A stretch of 64,000 bases of DNA from Desulfosudaceae bacterium (GCA_963674745.2 CAXXDV010000003.1:352001-416000); one strand, 5' to 3'; positions 19,111 through 28,690 are shown, numbered from the stretch's first letter. Notes: generated by a model not told the origin, from the letters alone. A program made the numbers and translations.

Positions 19111-19476
19111 ATGAGAAGATGGGTTCTCCTTGGCTTGTCCGTAATGCTTTTGACTGCTTGTGCTCCGGCCCGCAGGACGCCGGACACGATGTTCGACCAT
19201 CAAACGATGGTGGAGATGCTTGATCGAATCAGTCTGACGGCGCCACCCGATCCGAGCAGCAACAGCGCATGTGCGGAGCCGATTCACATGGCGCTAACTA
19301 TTAGCGACGGCGTACACATGGGAACATGTTGTGCCGACGGTCTCGTGTGGTCGTATCGTTCGGATAGAGGCTGGTACCAGCCGACTAAAGCAGAAATGGT
19401 AATCTGGCACAGGGCTCGCACCGTGGGTATGCAAAACCCATGTGAAGTTGAGGCGCGGACCGAACAAACAAACTGA
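19111..19476 (+). CDS. Cassette 5 (probable): small Cys-containing lipoprotein
   Basis: Lipobox LLTAC; follows the degenerate attC. Confidence 0.6.
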   Translation: MRRWVLLGLSVMLLTACAPARRTPDTMFDHQTMVEMLDRISLTAPPDPSSNSACAEPIHMALTISDGVHMGTCCADGLVWSYRSDRGWYQPTKAEMVIWHRARTVGMQNPCEVEARTEQTN

Positions 19477-19743
19477 TATCTATGGACGAATTTCGGGGGC
19501 AGTATATCCATTTATCATTGTGCAAAATATAAGCACACTGTTCTCAAATTTCGGATTTTTCAGGGTTTCGGGTTATACACAATTCGCTGAGTACCTCTTC
19601 CGGAACTGCGATTGGTTGTGTTTTGATTTTTATCTTTTTTTATAGAGAGAATTTCTGTTATATAACAGAAAAGGTGTAATCGACTTGCGAAAAGAATAAA
19701 TACCTGTGGGTGGAGAGGGCATTATTCAACAAGGGGAGATGCG

Positions 19744-20328
19744 GTGAGACAAAGCAGATTCATCAGGGTGCTTATAGTGGTATCGGCGGTTTTTGCCTTT
19801 CTGGGAAGTATGGTCTGTCTGCCGGCAAAGGCTGAAACAAAACCCGGTGCGGTGGCCGAAGGTAATATCCTGCCGAAATTTAAACTCGATACACCGACTG
19901 ACCCGGAGATAAAACAGTATCTGGGGGTCGACGGGGAAAGGGATTTTACCCTGGATCAGCTTCCTTCCAGGCTGATTGTTGTTGAGGCGTTCAGCGTTAT
20001 GTGCCCGGCCTGTCACCAGAACGCGCCCAAGGTTAACCAGCTGTATAATATTATTTCAGGTGATGCGGAATTAAAATCAGATATTGTGATGATCGGCATC
20101 GCCCTGGATAATGAGGAAAAACTGGTCAGCGCCTTTCAGAAAAAATTTAAGGTGAAATTTCCATTATTCCCGGATCCGGACGGTAAAATTGATAATGCCC
20201 TGACAGGTGTATCAACCCCCACTTTAATGATTATGGACAACACCTGCAAAGTGCTTTTTGTCCATGGCGGGATTATCGATGATATGGATTATATCCTGAC
20301 GGTTATACGTTCTCTAAAGGAGAGCTGA
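19744..20328 (+). CDS. TlpA/ResA-like thioredoxin-fold (redoxin) protein
   Basis: Signal peptide, CPAC motif, FPLFPD and STPT cis-Pro. Confidence 0.85.
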   Translation: MRQSRFIRVLIVVSAVFAFLGSMVCLPAKAETKPGAVAEGNILPKFKLDTPTDPEIKQYLGVDGERDFTLDQLPSRLIVVEAFSVMCPACHQNAPKVNQLYNIISGDAELKSDIVMIGIALDNEEKLVSAFQKKFKVKFPLFPDPDGKIDNALTGVSTPTLMIMDNTCKVLFVHGGIIDDMDYILTVIRSLKES

Positions 20329-20372
20329 AAAACGTTTATACGTTTCTTGTCCCATTCTGTTAGAAGGCGTCG

Positions 20373-21269
20373 ATGCAGAGCGATATAGAAAAAATTGACC
20401 ATCCGGTTTTAAAAAACCTGCCACCGGCGATTAAAGCTGAAATCGCGAAAATGGCTCAAGAAAAATACGTATCCGCCGGCCAGACTGTTTTTGTCCAGGG
20501 AGATCCGGGCGACAGTTTTTTTATGGTCAAAGCGGGATCGCTTCGCGTATTCAGGCGGATGGATGAGATCGAAACCGAGCTTTCAGTGCTCGGTCCCGGC
20601 GACAGCTTCGGCGAAATGGCCCTGCTGACAGGCGCACCACGTTCGGCCAGCGTTGAGGCGTTAAGCGATACCCGCCTGATTACACTTTCAAAAGAACAGT
20701 TTGACAATATCCTGAAAAATTACCCGGAAGTTTCATTAACGCTGATCCGGCAGATGTCCGTCTGGCTGACCGACAATGACCGGATGCTCGAGCAGAAGCA
20801 CAAAACCCAGTATCGTCATCCAAAGTTGTCTCTGTTCGATTTTTTCTTTATCATTTTCTTAAGCTGCTTTTGTGCGATTGTTTTTAATCATACCAATCCG
20901 AACGGAATCACGCTTTTCCCTAAAACCGAACTGAATGGTCATATCGGTTTTATCTCTCCGTCGGCGGCGGTCCGGGAACTGGAAAACGGGGATGCATTGT
21001 TTGTCGATGCCATGCCGTCGAATTTTTTTGATCAGGAACATATTGCCGGAGCGCTCAATATACCGTTGTCCTTTTTTGATATCATGTATTTGATGAATTT
21101 AAGCGACGTCGATAAATCCCGAATGGTTATCGTTTACGGCCGAACCATCAGCAGGTATTATGACGTGGCTGTGGCCAACAAGCTGTATCTGCAGGGGCAC
21201 AAAAATATTAAGCTTCTGGAAGGCGGACTGCCTGCCTGGAAGGATGGGGGGTATCCGCTGGAGCCATGA
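20373..21269 (+). CDS. cNMP-binding domain - TM - rhodanese-like fusion
   Basis: FVQGDPGD...GDSFGEMALL..APRSASV (cNMP); TM helix; FVDA..HIAGALNIP..LEGGLPAW (rhodanese). Confidence 0.85.
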   Translation: MQSDIEKIDHPVLKNLPPAIKAEIAKMAQEKYVSAGQTVFVQGDPGDSFFMVKAGSLRVFRRMDEIETELSVLGPGDSFGEMALLTGAPRSASVEALSDTRLITLSKEQFDNILKNYPEVSLTLIRQMSVWLTDNDRMLEQKHKTQYRHPKLSLFDFFFIIFLSCFCAIVFNHTNPNGITLFPKTELNGHIGFISPSAAVRELENGDALFVDAMPSNFFDQEHIAGALNIPLSFFDIMYLMNLSDVDKSRMVIVYGRTISRYYDVAVANKLYLQGHKNIKLLEGGLPAWKDGGYPLEP

Positions 21270-21727
21270 AACCTTTCCTGCAATTTATCAAAGACGTGAT
21301 CACCAGCGAGTACCTGTCGTTTATTTTACGGATATATGTCGGTGTTGTGTTTATTTATGCCAGCATGAGTAAAATTCCCTATCCGGCCCAATTCGCGGAA
21401 TCGGTGGCCGCGTATCAGATTGTGCCTTATTGGGGGATCAATCTGGGGGCGGTGATTTTACCCTGGCTGGAGTTGTTCTGTGGAATCTGTCTGATCATCG
21501 GTTTGAGGACACGAGTGGTTGCTGGTATCACCGGCGGTCTGCTGCTGATGTTCATTGTTTTCATTCTTATTAATATGTCCCGGGGGGTAGAGATCGGTTG
21601 CGGCTGTTTTGATACCACCGGTGAAATCATCGGCTGGAAGAAAGTCATTGAAGATACGATCTGGTTTTTTATGGCCGTACAGATATTTTTATATGACCGA
21701 AGGCTCGTATTTAGAAATCGATTATGA
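21266..21727 (+). CDS. MauE/DoxX family membrane protein
   Basis: LRIYVGVVFIYA..KI, LPWLEL, and the CGCF motif typical of MauE. Confidence 0.85.
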   Translation: MKPFLQFIKDVITSEYLSFILRIYVGVVFIYASMSKIPYPAQFAESVAAYQIVPYWGINLGAVILPWLELFCGICLIIGLRTRVVAGITGGLLLMFIVFILINMSRGVEIGCGCFDTTGEIIGWKKVIEDTIWFFMAVQIFLYDRRLVFRNRL

Positions 21728-21775
21728 AGATATGCCAGGCCGTTTCTGTCAGAATCCTGAACTGGGAGAATAAAA

Positions 21776-22135
21776 GTGAAGTCAACAATTATCATTTCTG
21801 TTTTTTTGCTGCTCATCGGTTTACTTGTACTGGGTTGTCCGGCGTGTAGTTCCAAAGATGATTATATCGGTACATATACCGCGGTTGATGACGATGGCCC
21901 GACGCATAAAGAAAATATCATCGTGCTGAAGGAATCCGGTCAGGGCACCTGGAAATGCTGTGGTGAAGAATCAGATCATGAGGTTTCTTTCTCCTGGACC
22001 ATCAAAGGCAAAGAAATGAGAATTTATACCAAAGGCGGTGGCGTTATGACCGGCGAACTGAGGAAGCATTCTTTTGTTATGCGTCTTCCGGAAAGAAAAA
22101 CGCTTACTTTTCATAAAACCGGTGATGTCGAATGA
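21776..22135 (+). CDS. Hypothetical lipoprotein
   Basis: Hydrophobic N-terminus with LGC/PAC, YIGTY beta-domain start. Confidence 0.6.
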   Translation: MKSTIIISVFLLLIGLLVLGCPACSSKDDYIGTYTAVDDDGPTHKENIIVLKESGQGTWKCCGEESDHEVSFSWTIKGKEMRIYTKGGGVMTGELRKHSFVMRLPERKTLTFHKTGDVE

Positions 22136-22240
22136 CTTGTAATCGGGGGCCAGGCAACTTCATGGAACCATAAAAGGCCGGGCGGGCAGAATGCTTGAAG
22201 CCCTTTTTCGGCAAGATCTCCAGGCGGGGGGGACAGCACG

Positions 22241-22480
22241 ATGAATGAACATCCTTTTGATAAGAATGACAGGGCGCAGGCGTTAATGGCGAAGGCGAAC
22301 AATCTGGATGAATTAAAGACGATTATCAAGCGGAATAAGATTGTACTGCAAGGCGGAAGCCAACCCTTTAACGCACACATGCTAATCCTGGCAATTGACC
22401 GTTATCTGGAGGATGGGGATACGCGTCATTTAACAACTGCCGGAAATTTTCGATCTACGGTGGACAGGTTAAAGCCGTAA
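22241..22480 (+). CDS. Small hypothetical protein
   Basis: 79 aa ORF with a GGGGGA RBS. Confidence 0.45.
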   Translation: MNEHPFDKNDRAQALMAKANNLDELKTIIKRNKIVLQGGSQPFNAHMLILAIDRYLEDGDTRHLTTAGNFRSTVDRLKP

Positions 22481-23284
22481 TCAAGCCCTGTGACGCCGGA
22501 CGATCTTCTCAAACATCAATACCAGCCCCTCGTTCATTGTATAGTTGGATTCAATATCAAGGTTCTCATCGGAGGCGGCATCAAAATAGATGTGAAGACT
22601 TGATTCAAGGCCTTCTTCCGGTTCCCAGTAGCAGACCATGATGGGGAACAGGGGCAGGGGATGCAGGACAATTGAAACATCCGAATCGATATGGCTGTCA
22701 ATCTTCTTTCCATCAAAAATATCCAGCATGTCCTTAAACAGGTCGGTATAGGAGTCCGCCAGTTGTTTTAACGGTTTTTCACATCGTTGTTGAAAATGGG
22801 CATACCGTTCAGGTCCGCCGGCGAGTTCCCGGAATGTGATCCAATTGCCCCGGGGCGGTATCCCCGCCCCGTTTAAGATGTAGTTCAATGCCGGCACAAC
22901 CATATAGGCATTGATATGCACCTCGGACGACAAATTGCCCTGCATGTCAACACTGAAATCCTTGCCGAAAATTTTTATGGTCAGTTTATTGTCGGCAAAC
23001 CGGGCGCCCAGGCGTTTGGCCGCCGCAGAAAGATCAATCAAAGAAACCTCGTGCTTCAGTGTTTCAATGGCCTCCAGCTTGTATTCATCAACGGTATTGG
23101 GCTTTTCAACCGTGCCCCCATACCGCTCAATCACCTCCCGGTCCAGATGCGGGCATACATCTATGGGTTTTTTCCCTTTGAACACGGCCACGGCAAATGC
23201 CATGCAGGTCTGTTCATTACAGTCCCTGCAGTTGGAACCATTCAACAACTTATATATTTCCATTGGATTATTGATATGTGACAT
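22481..23284 (-). CDS. Fe-S domain plus DUF3786-like protein
   Basis: N-terminal NCRDCNEQTCMAFA...CP 4Fe-4S motif; WITFRELAGG and LPLFPI..W..EE domain. Confidence 0.8.
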   Translation of the reverse strand: MSHINNPMEIYKLLNGSNCRDCNEQTCMAFAVAVFKGKKPIDVCPHLDREVIERYGGTVEKPNTVDEYKLEAIETLKHEVSLIDLSAAAKRLGARFADNKLTIKIFGKDFSVDMQGNLSSEVHINAYMVVPALNYILNGAGIPPRGNWITFRELAGGPERYAHFQQRCEKPLKQLADSYTDLFKDMLDIFDGKKIDSHIDSDVSIVLHPLPLFPIMVCYWEPEEGLESSLHIYFDAASDENLDIESNYTMNEGLVLMFEKIVRRHRA

Positions 23285-23525
23285 TCAGAAATAGTCCTTT
23301 TCTTTTGGCTCTAAACAGGGCTCTTACGAAGCCATTAAGATTGATGTAGCAGTTTTTAAATCCCAGCGCAACAACCCGGACGCTGGTATTCTCTGAAAAG
23401 CGCAAGATGCGTGCTATGTAGCCCCCCCCCCCCCCCTGTGGGTACCCTTTCATCAAATATTCGGGTTGGCCTTTATCTCCTCAAATGCGCTCAAATTCGT
23501 CGCCGGGTCGAAGCGATAATGTTGC

Positions 23526-23719
23526 GGAGTTACCCACGAAAAGTAGACACCCCATTCAATTAGGTTTATATACCTAAAAGGAGGTGTCCAATGGCTAAAA
23601 AGAAAACAATATATTCAGAGTTTTATCGGAGAGAGGCGGTCCGGTTAGCCGATTTACCGGACCGGACAGCCGCTGACGTGGCCAGGGAGCTGGGGAAAAT
23701 TGAAATTTTAAAACCATAA
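23526..23719 (+). mobile_element. IS3-family remnant (left end plus truncated orfA, 23591-23719)
   Basis: IRL-like GGAGTTACCCACGAAAAGTAGACA, RBS GGAGGT, MAKKKTIYSEFYRREAVRLA...TAADVARELG (HTH_Tnp_1-like), stop after 42 aa. Confidence 0.7.
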
Positions 23720-23765
23720 TCAAGGCGGAGTTAGCCCAGGTCGCCCTTGGCTGAAGACGTTGTGG
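23714..23765 (+). mobile_element. Partial attC upstream of the TA pair
   Basis: CAAGG...CCTTG stem and the end GAAGAC-GTTGTGG, sharing GAAGACGTT with attC2. Confidence 0.45.
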
Positions 23766-23780
23766 CTTTTAAATAAACAG

Positions 23781-23820
23781 TTGATTGTACCTAATATTGT
23801 ATGTTATTTTGTACAAAATA
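23781..23820 (+). promoter_or_regulatory. TA promoter/operator
   Basis: TTGATT -35-like element, repeated TTGTA(C) and the perfect palindrome TATTTTGTACAAAATA (23805-23820). Confidence 0.6.
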
Positions 23821-23839
23821 AACACAAAAGAGGTGCAAA

Positions 23840-24121
23840 ATGCAAAAGTTTAAAATCGATCAAGACATCAGATCAATGTCGGAAGTCAGAAATGCCATGG
23901 CTTCTTACATCAAACAAGTCCATGACACCAAACGTCCGGTTATAATTACGCAGCATGGCAAAGGCGTAGCTGTACTTTTGGGTGCGAATGAATTTGAAGC
24001 CATGCAAGAAAAGATTGATCTTCTTTCAGACATCCAAACCTCTCTCAACCAACTGGCAAAAGGAGAAGGGATTCCCCACCAAAAGGCAAAAGCCAAATTA
24101 TTGAAGAGAGTCCCCAGATGA
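23840..24121 (+). CDS. Phd/YefM family antitoxin
   Basis: SMSEVRN...RPVIITQHGKGVAVLL; ATGA overlap with the toxin. Confidence 0.9.
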   Translation: MQKFKIDQDIRSMSEVRNAMASYIKQVHDTKRPVIITQHGKGVAVLLGANEFEAMQEKIDLLSDIQTSLNQLAKGEGIPHQKAKAKLLKRVPR

Positions 24122-24414
24122 AAATCGTATGGTCTCCCCTTGCTGTTGAAAGAGCCTCAGAAATAGTTGATTACATTTCACAAGATAAGCCTTTGGCAGC
24201 AGACAATTGGATTAATTCTGTGTTTACAAAGGTTGACCAGCTCAAAGCTAATCCAGAAATTGGACGGATCGTCCCTGAAATTAATGAACGTCAATTCAGG
24301 GAATTAATTTACGGAAATTATCGGATCATTTATTACATCGGAACAAAACAAATATCCATACTTACTATTCGACATGGGAAACAGATATTGCCAATAGATG
24401 AAATTAAGGCATAG
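24118..24414 (+). CDS. RelE/ParE family toxin
   Basis: MKIVWSPLA...YISQD...PEIGRIVPE...RELIYGNYRIIY...ILTIRHG. Confidence 0.9.
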   Translation: MKIVWSPLAVERASEIVDYISQDKPLAADNWINSVFTKVDQLKANPEIGRIVPEINERQFRELIYGNYRIIYYIGTKQISILTIRHGKQILPIDEIKA

Positions 24415-24468
24415 CCAGGCCATTCAGCAGACCGCAAAAACCACGGCTGCTGATGCCCGCCGTTCTTA
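24409..24468 (+). mobile_element. attC site downstream of the TA pair (60 bp)
   Basis: GCATAGC (contains the toxin stop) ... TCAGCAG-ACCG-CAAAAACCA-CGG-CTGCTGA ... GCC-GTTCTTA. Confidence 0.7.
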
Positions 24469-24578
24469 TAAATGTATGTATGGATAAGGGGAGACCTTAA
24501 TGGCTTATCAACGGCTCATGATTAGCACATTGAAAATTATGAGCTACACGTTACGAGGTGGCATAAAAGGAAGACGTT

Positions 24579-25643
24579 ATGCCTAGAAAGATAGATATTG
24601 TCGGGGCAGGATTGGCGGGACTGGTTGCGGGCATCAACCTTGCCAGTCAGGGCTTCAAGGTGACAATTCACGAGGCGAAGAACGATATCGGGGGAGATAT
24701 ATCCTTTGCCGATGCCACCCTGATGTATCCACTAGTGCTGGAAAGGGAGCTTGGAATCAGCATCCGCGAAGCGCTCGAGCCCTGGAAGTCCGCCCGGATT
24801 CTGGCTTATGGAAAGAGATTCGAGTTTGCCCTGCCTCACCTGACCGAGGCCTATACCATGGAGAGGGGAACGGGAGAACGCTCTCTGGAGAATGTCCTTT
24901 ACAGGCAGGCGCTGGAGAAAGGGGTAGAGGTGATCCCGGGCAGGAAACTTTCCATGAAGGAAATATCGGAAATGCCGGCAGGAACCATCGTTGCAACAGG
25001 TTTGAACAAGAACTCCTTCGAGCTGTTCAATATCCCCCATAGACCCTTCTACGGACACATGGCCACCGGCAGCAGCGATCCTTCCCGTCCCCAGGTAATT
25101 GTATCTTTCGACCGGTTCACCCGGGAGTACGGTTATTATGCCCAGTGTGGTAAATCGTCGGTTGCTTTGGTTTTCAGAATGGACCGGCCTCTGCTGGATG
25201 AGGAAAAGGCTGCCTTCCGTAAACAGCTTGCAGAAGATAACGGTATCGAAATGGACGGCTGGAATGACGATATTTCCGGATGGGCAGCCTGGCCGTTAAA
25301 GGTCTGGAACAATATGAACCTGTCAAGGGAGGGAAAGATATTAGCCGGTACCTTGGCAGGAGTTGTAAGTCCGGTACTTAACTTCGGTGTGAACGGGGCC
25401 TTGGTATCCGGACGGATAGCCGCCATGGCGGTCACTGACCAAAATGCTGCCCGGCGGGAGTTCAGTCGGCTTGCCCCTCTTTATCTGCCCCAGTTCATCT
25501 TCCGAAGATTCCGGGAGTACGCTCCGATATCCCTTCTGAAACTGGGAACCTGGGCGATCCTTTCAACCTATAGCCCCAGAAGCTTCCATCATTTGCTGTC
25601 TTTCGCGCTCTGGCCACCCGGCCTGAAACTAAGAAGGGGATAG
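24579..25643 (+). CDS. NAD(P)/FAD-dependent oxidoreductase (geranylgeranyl reductase-like)
   Basis: IVGAGLAGL Rossmann motif, IVATG, LAGTLAG..SP..FGVNGALVSG. Confidence 0.8.
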   Translation: MPRKIDIVGAGLAGLVAGINLASQGFKVTIHEAKNDIGGDISFADATLMYPLVLERELGISIREALEPWKSARILAYGKRFEFALPHLTEAYTMERGTGERSLENVLYRQALEKGVEVIPGRKLSMKEISEMPAGTIVATGLNKNSFELFNIPHRPFYGHMATGSSDPSRPQVIVSFDRFTREYGYYAQCGKSSVALVFRMDRPLLDEEKAAFRKQLAEDNGIEMDGWNDDISGWAAWPLKVWNNMNLSREGKILAGTLAGVVSPVLNFGVNGALVSGRIAAMAVTDQNAARREFSRLAPLYLPQFIFRRFREYAPISLLKLGTWAILSTYSPRSFHHLLSFALWPPGLKLRRG

Positions 25644-25827
25644 AATGTGATCTCAACTATAGTCATGTTGGTAATTATTGTTTGGATGTTGATTGCAAAG
25701 ATGCCAACCATTTATTTGTGTCGGTTTGGGTTGTCGGTCCGAGGTCTGTTGATAAAAACAGGCAAAAGCATATATTATGAACATGAAACATACGGGCTAA
25801 CCGCAGACATTTTTAAAAAGGAGAATT

Positions 25828-26253
25828 ATGAAACGGGTCACGGAATATGTATTATGGATTATTGTGTTTGTCTCTATTTCAGCCACCGCTTTTTATTGTG
25901 GTGGGTGTATCGGTTTTTCTCAGGGATACAACTATGCCATCGCTAAAGATGCCCCCTATGATGCCAACACGTCCGTCACGGTCTTAAAAAAGATTAAAGA
26001 TAATGAAATTGAATCGATAGAGGATTATTTTGAAAAACAATTGGACAATGCCATTAACAGGCATTGGTACCATAAACAAAACCCGCCGGTATTTTATGGG
26101 GTGCGTTTTTACGACCAGTCGCAACTGATTGATGAAAATTCAAAAAAGATGATCATCAGTGCTTGTGAATACAGAAAAGAAAATCCGGATCAAAGCGGTG
26201 GCATGGCCCTGGATAGAATCGAAACAATATTAAATTATTATCTCAAAGACTAG
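25828..26253 (+). CDS. Hypothetical membrane-anchored protein
   Basis: 141 aa, RBS AAGGAG, N-terminal TM, AT-rich. Confidence 0.6.
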   Translation: MKRVTEYVLWIIVFVSISATAFYCGGCIGFSQGYNYAIAKDAPYDANTSVTVLKKIKDNEIESIEDYFEKQLDNAINRHWYHKQNPPVFYGVRFYDQSQLIDENSKKMIISACEYRKENPDQSGGMALDRIETILNYYLKD

Positions 26254-26273
26254 TGCCTCATGAAATATTCGGG

Positions 26274-27311
26274 TTAGTTATGCCACACCACTCGGGCCTG
26301 CTCCCGTTTGACGACGTTGTCGATTTTGCCTTTGGGATAGCCCAGGGTCAGGGACGTCACGATTTCAAAGGGCTCGGTGATGCCAAGCTGTTTTTTGAAT
26401 TTTGGAAACCCCTGGAGCCCGTCGATCAGGCTGACCCAGCAGGTGCCCAGCCCCAGGGAGTGAGCCGCCAGGACCATGTTCTGGCCGCAGATACCGGTAT
26501 CCAGTTCGACTGACCCGATCCCCCGTTTGTCGGCCAACAGGATGATCAGCACCGGAGCGTGAAAGAAGGTGTGGTAGTCCGGGTCGCTGGCAATGGCGTT
26601 GATGCCGCCCCGGGCCCGGGGATCGAGTTCGTTGGGGCCCCTGAGGCCAATCAGCAGCCGGAGAATGGCTTTCTGCCACAGTCTCAGTGATGCGGTTTTA
26701 TCGCCCGGGACTTGTTTGTCCACCCAGGGCCGGGGCATGGTGGCCTTCATGACCAGCCGGCAGAACTTTTTGCATTTGAGGTCAATCTCATCGATCAGTT
26801 CCTTGTTCCGGATGACAATGAATTTCCAGGGCTGGTTGTTGCCGGCCGAAGGCGCGAAGCGGCCCGCTTCAATGACCCGGTGAACCAGTTTTTGCGGGAC
26901 GGGCTTGCCTCTATAGAGCCTGATGCTGCGACGGTTGTATATCACCTTTTCGGTTTCCGTCAGGTCGGGCTCACATTCTTCGTAGTCTTTTCTCCCGGAG
27001 ATCGGCAAGGGTAGTGTTTTGCCGTTTTCAAAAAGATGGCTGTTTTTCCAGTACCCTCCGGGCACACGATATTCTCCCTCAATGGTAACGGCGTTTTGAG
27101 GGCAGGCGGCCACGCAGTTCTGGCAGGTAATGCAACGGAAATGATCGTAGCGGTCGTTGGAAGCCGCTTTTTTCTCCGGAGTTATCATCAGCAACTGAAT
27201 GGGACAGGAATTTACGCACCTGCCGCATCCGGTGCATTTTTCTTCATCAAGGATAAAACGGGCGTAATCGGCAGGGGGCAGGGTAACCAACCGGTGTTTT
27301 TCAAACAGCAT
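26274..27311 (-). CDS. Nitroreductase family protein with N-terminal 2x[4Fe-4S] ferredoxin domain
   Basis: CTGCGRCVNSCP and CITCQNCVAACP; RRSIR, APSAGNNQPW, LAAHSLGLGTCW. Confidence 0.92.
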   Translation of the reverse strand: MLFEKHRLVTLPPADYARFILDEEKCTGCGRCVNSCPIQLLMITPEKKAASNDRYDHFRCITCQNCVAACPQNAVTIEGEYRVPGGYWKNSHLFENGKTLPLPISGRKDYEECEPDLTETEKVIYNRRSIRLYRGKPVPQKLVHRVIEAGRFAPSAGNNQPWKFIVIRNKELIDEIDLKCKKFCRLVMKATMPRPWVDKQVPGDKTASLRLWQKAILRLLIGLRGPNELDPRARGGINAIASDPDYHTFFHAPVLIILLADKRGIGSVELDTGICGQNMVLAAHSLGLGTCWVSLIDGLQGFPKFKKQLGITEPFEIVTSLTLGYPKGKIDNVVKREQARVVWHN

Positions 27312-27406
27312 CAGGCCTCCTTAGCTTGGCTTCATTTTTGAGGTGCCCTTCAGGCAAAAACTGGTACAGATTTGAGTTTGAATGTAGGTGATGTTAATAC
27401 TAAAGA

Positions 27407-27422
27407 TAGACTGTCCAGTCAA
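27407..27422. promoter_or_regulatory. Palindromic operator TAGAC-N6-GTCAA overlapping the -35 of the nitroreductase promoter
   Basis: TAGACTGTCCAGTCAA; the same motif recurs at 28691-28706. Confidence 0.55.
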
Positions 27423-27606
27423 GTATTTTTTTTGTGGCTGACGATATTCTGGGCCAAAAGATTTTTGGTCTAATAAATGTATTATTTTATAAAATCAAAA
27501 TGTTATTTATATGGAAGAAGCGTAGTGGGTTTGTGCCGGTTATTTTTTGGTTGTTTTCTGACAGTGGGTATGTTATGTATAGTTACTATTTAAAAAATAT
27601 AAATAT

Positions 27607-28557
27607 ATGATAAGGAGATGTATCATGACTGCCAGTCATCAGCGTTTATACCGTATTGCGGAAATAGAACGGATAACAGGAATACCCAGAAGAAGAATCC
27701 ATTTCTATATCCAGTCCGGTTTGCTGAACAAGCCGTTGAAGACTGGTAAAACCATGGCCTACTACGATGAGTCGCATATCGAGCAGTTGCAGTTGATCAA
27801 GCGGGCCAGGGAGCAGGGTGAATCGCTGTTTTCGGTTAAGGACCGTGTTAAAGACATACAGCCGAGAAATGATCGGAAAATTTCGGATTATTACCTGGCT
27901 GACGAAACCGAGGACGTCCGGGTGGCGGAATCACGAAAAAAGCCCCGGGGCCGTAACAGCGTTAAAACCCGTGAACGCATTCTGCGCACCGGATGTGAAA
28001 TGTTCCGCGAATGTGGATATAAAGAGACCAAGTTAAACGATATTACCCGGAAACTGGATATCGGCAAGGGGACCTTTTATTTTTATTTTTCCGACAAAAA
28101 GGAACTGTTTTTAGAGTGTGTGCCGCGGATTTTTGAAGAAATGTTTTCCAGCGGCTGGGATGACATCCGAAAACTGTATGATCCTCTGGAACGGCTCGAA
28201 ATGCGTTTTCAGCTCGTTTTAAAGGAGCTAAAAGGGTTCTGTGCCATTCTTCAACTGGCCAAGGAGGCGATGGCGGATACCGACCCCAAGCTCAAAGAGC
28301 TGGGAAAGAAAACCTACCTCTCTATCCGCGGACCGGTCGAAGCCGACATCAAAAAAGCCATTTCCAGGGGTGCCATAAATACCGTTAATGTGGAAATGAC
28401 GGCCAGTTTCATGATCGCGGCAGTGGAGAACATGTATTATATGCAGGAGATTAATGGAGAGCTTTCCCAGGAAGAGATGAAGGTGCATCTTTTTAATCTG
28501 CTGGCATACGGCCTAGTCGGCATTGGAGAACGAATACCGCTGCCTGAAAAGAAATAA
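27607..28557 (+). CDS. MerR-HTH / TetR fusion transcriptional regulator
   Basis: YRIAEIERITGIPRRRIHFYIQSGLL (MerR HTH) and TRERIL...GYKETKLNDITRKLDIGKGTFYFYF (TetR HTH); start may be 27625. Confidence 0.9.
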   Translation: MIRRCIMTASHQRLYRIAEIERITGIPRRRIHFYIQSGLLNKPLKTGKTMAYYDESHIEQLQLIKRAREQGESLFSVKDRVKDIQPRNDRKISDYYLADETEDVRVAESRKKPRGRNSVKTRERILRTGCEMFRECGYKETKLNDITRKLDIGKGTFYFYFSDKKELFLECVPRIFEEMFSSGWDDIRKLYDPLERLEMRFQLVLKELKGFCAILQLAKEAMADTDPKLKELGKKTYLSIRGPVEADIKKAISRGAINTVNVEMTASFMIAAVENMYYMQEINGELSQEEMKVHLFNLLAYGLVGIGERIPLPEKK

Positions 28558-28690
28558 TCCTTTTGGTAAAATATCCGGCAGTCAGTTTCTTGTCTACAAA
28601 CTAACCATCTGTGCCGCCCCCACCTAAACGCCAATAACTATTTGTTTTTAATCAATTTTCGAAAATATTAAAGTATTCGTTAATATTTAC

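Noticed and set aside
24561..24582. GCATAA...GAAGACGTTATGC resembling a collapsed attC at the oxidoreductase start
   Set aside because: Too short to fold as an attC, equally explained by RBS plus ATG, and no downstream attC was found.
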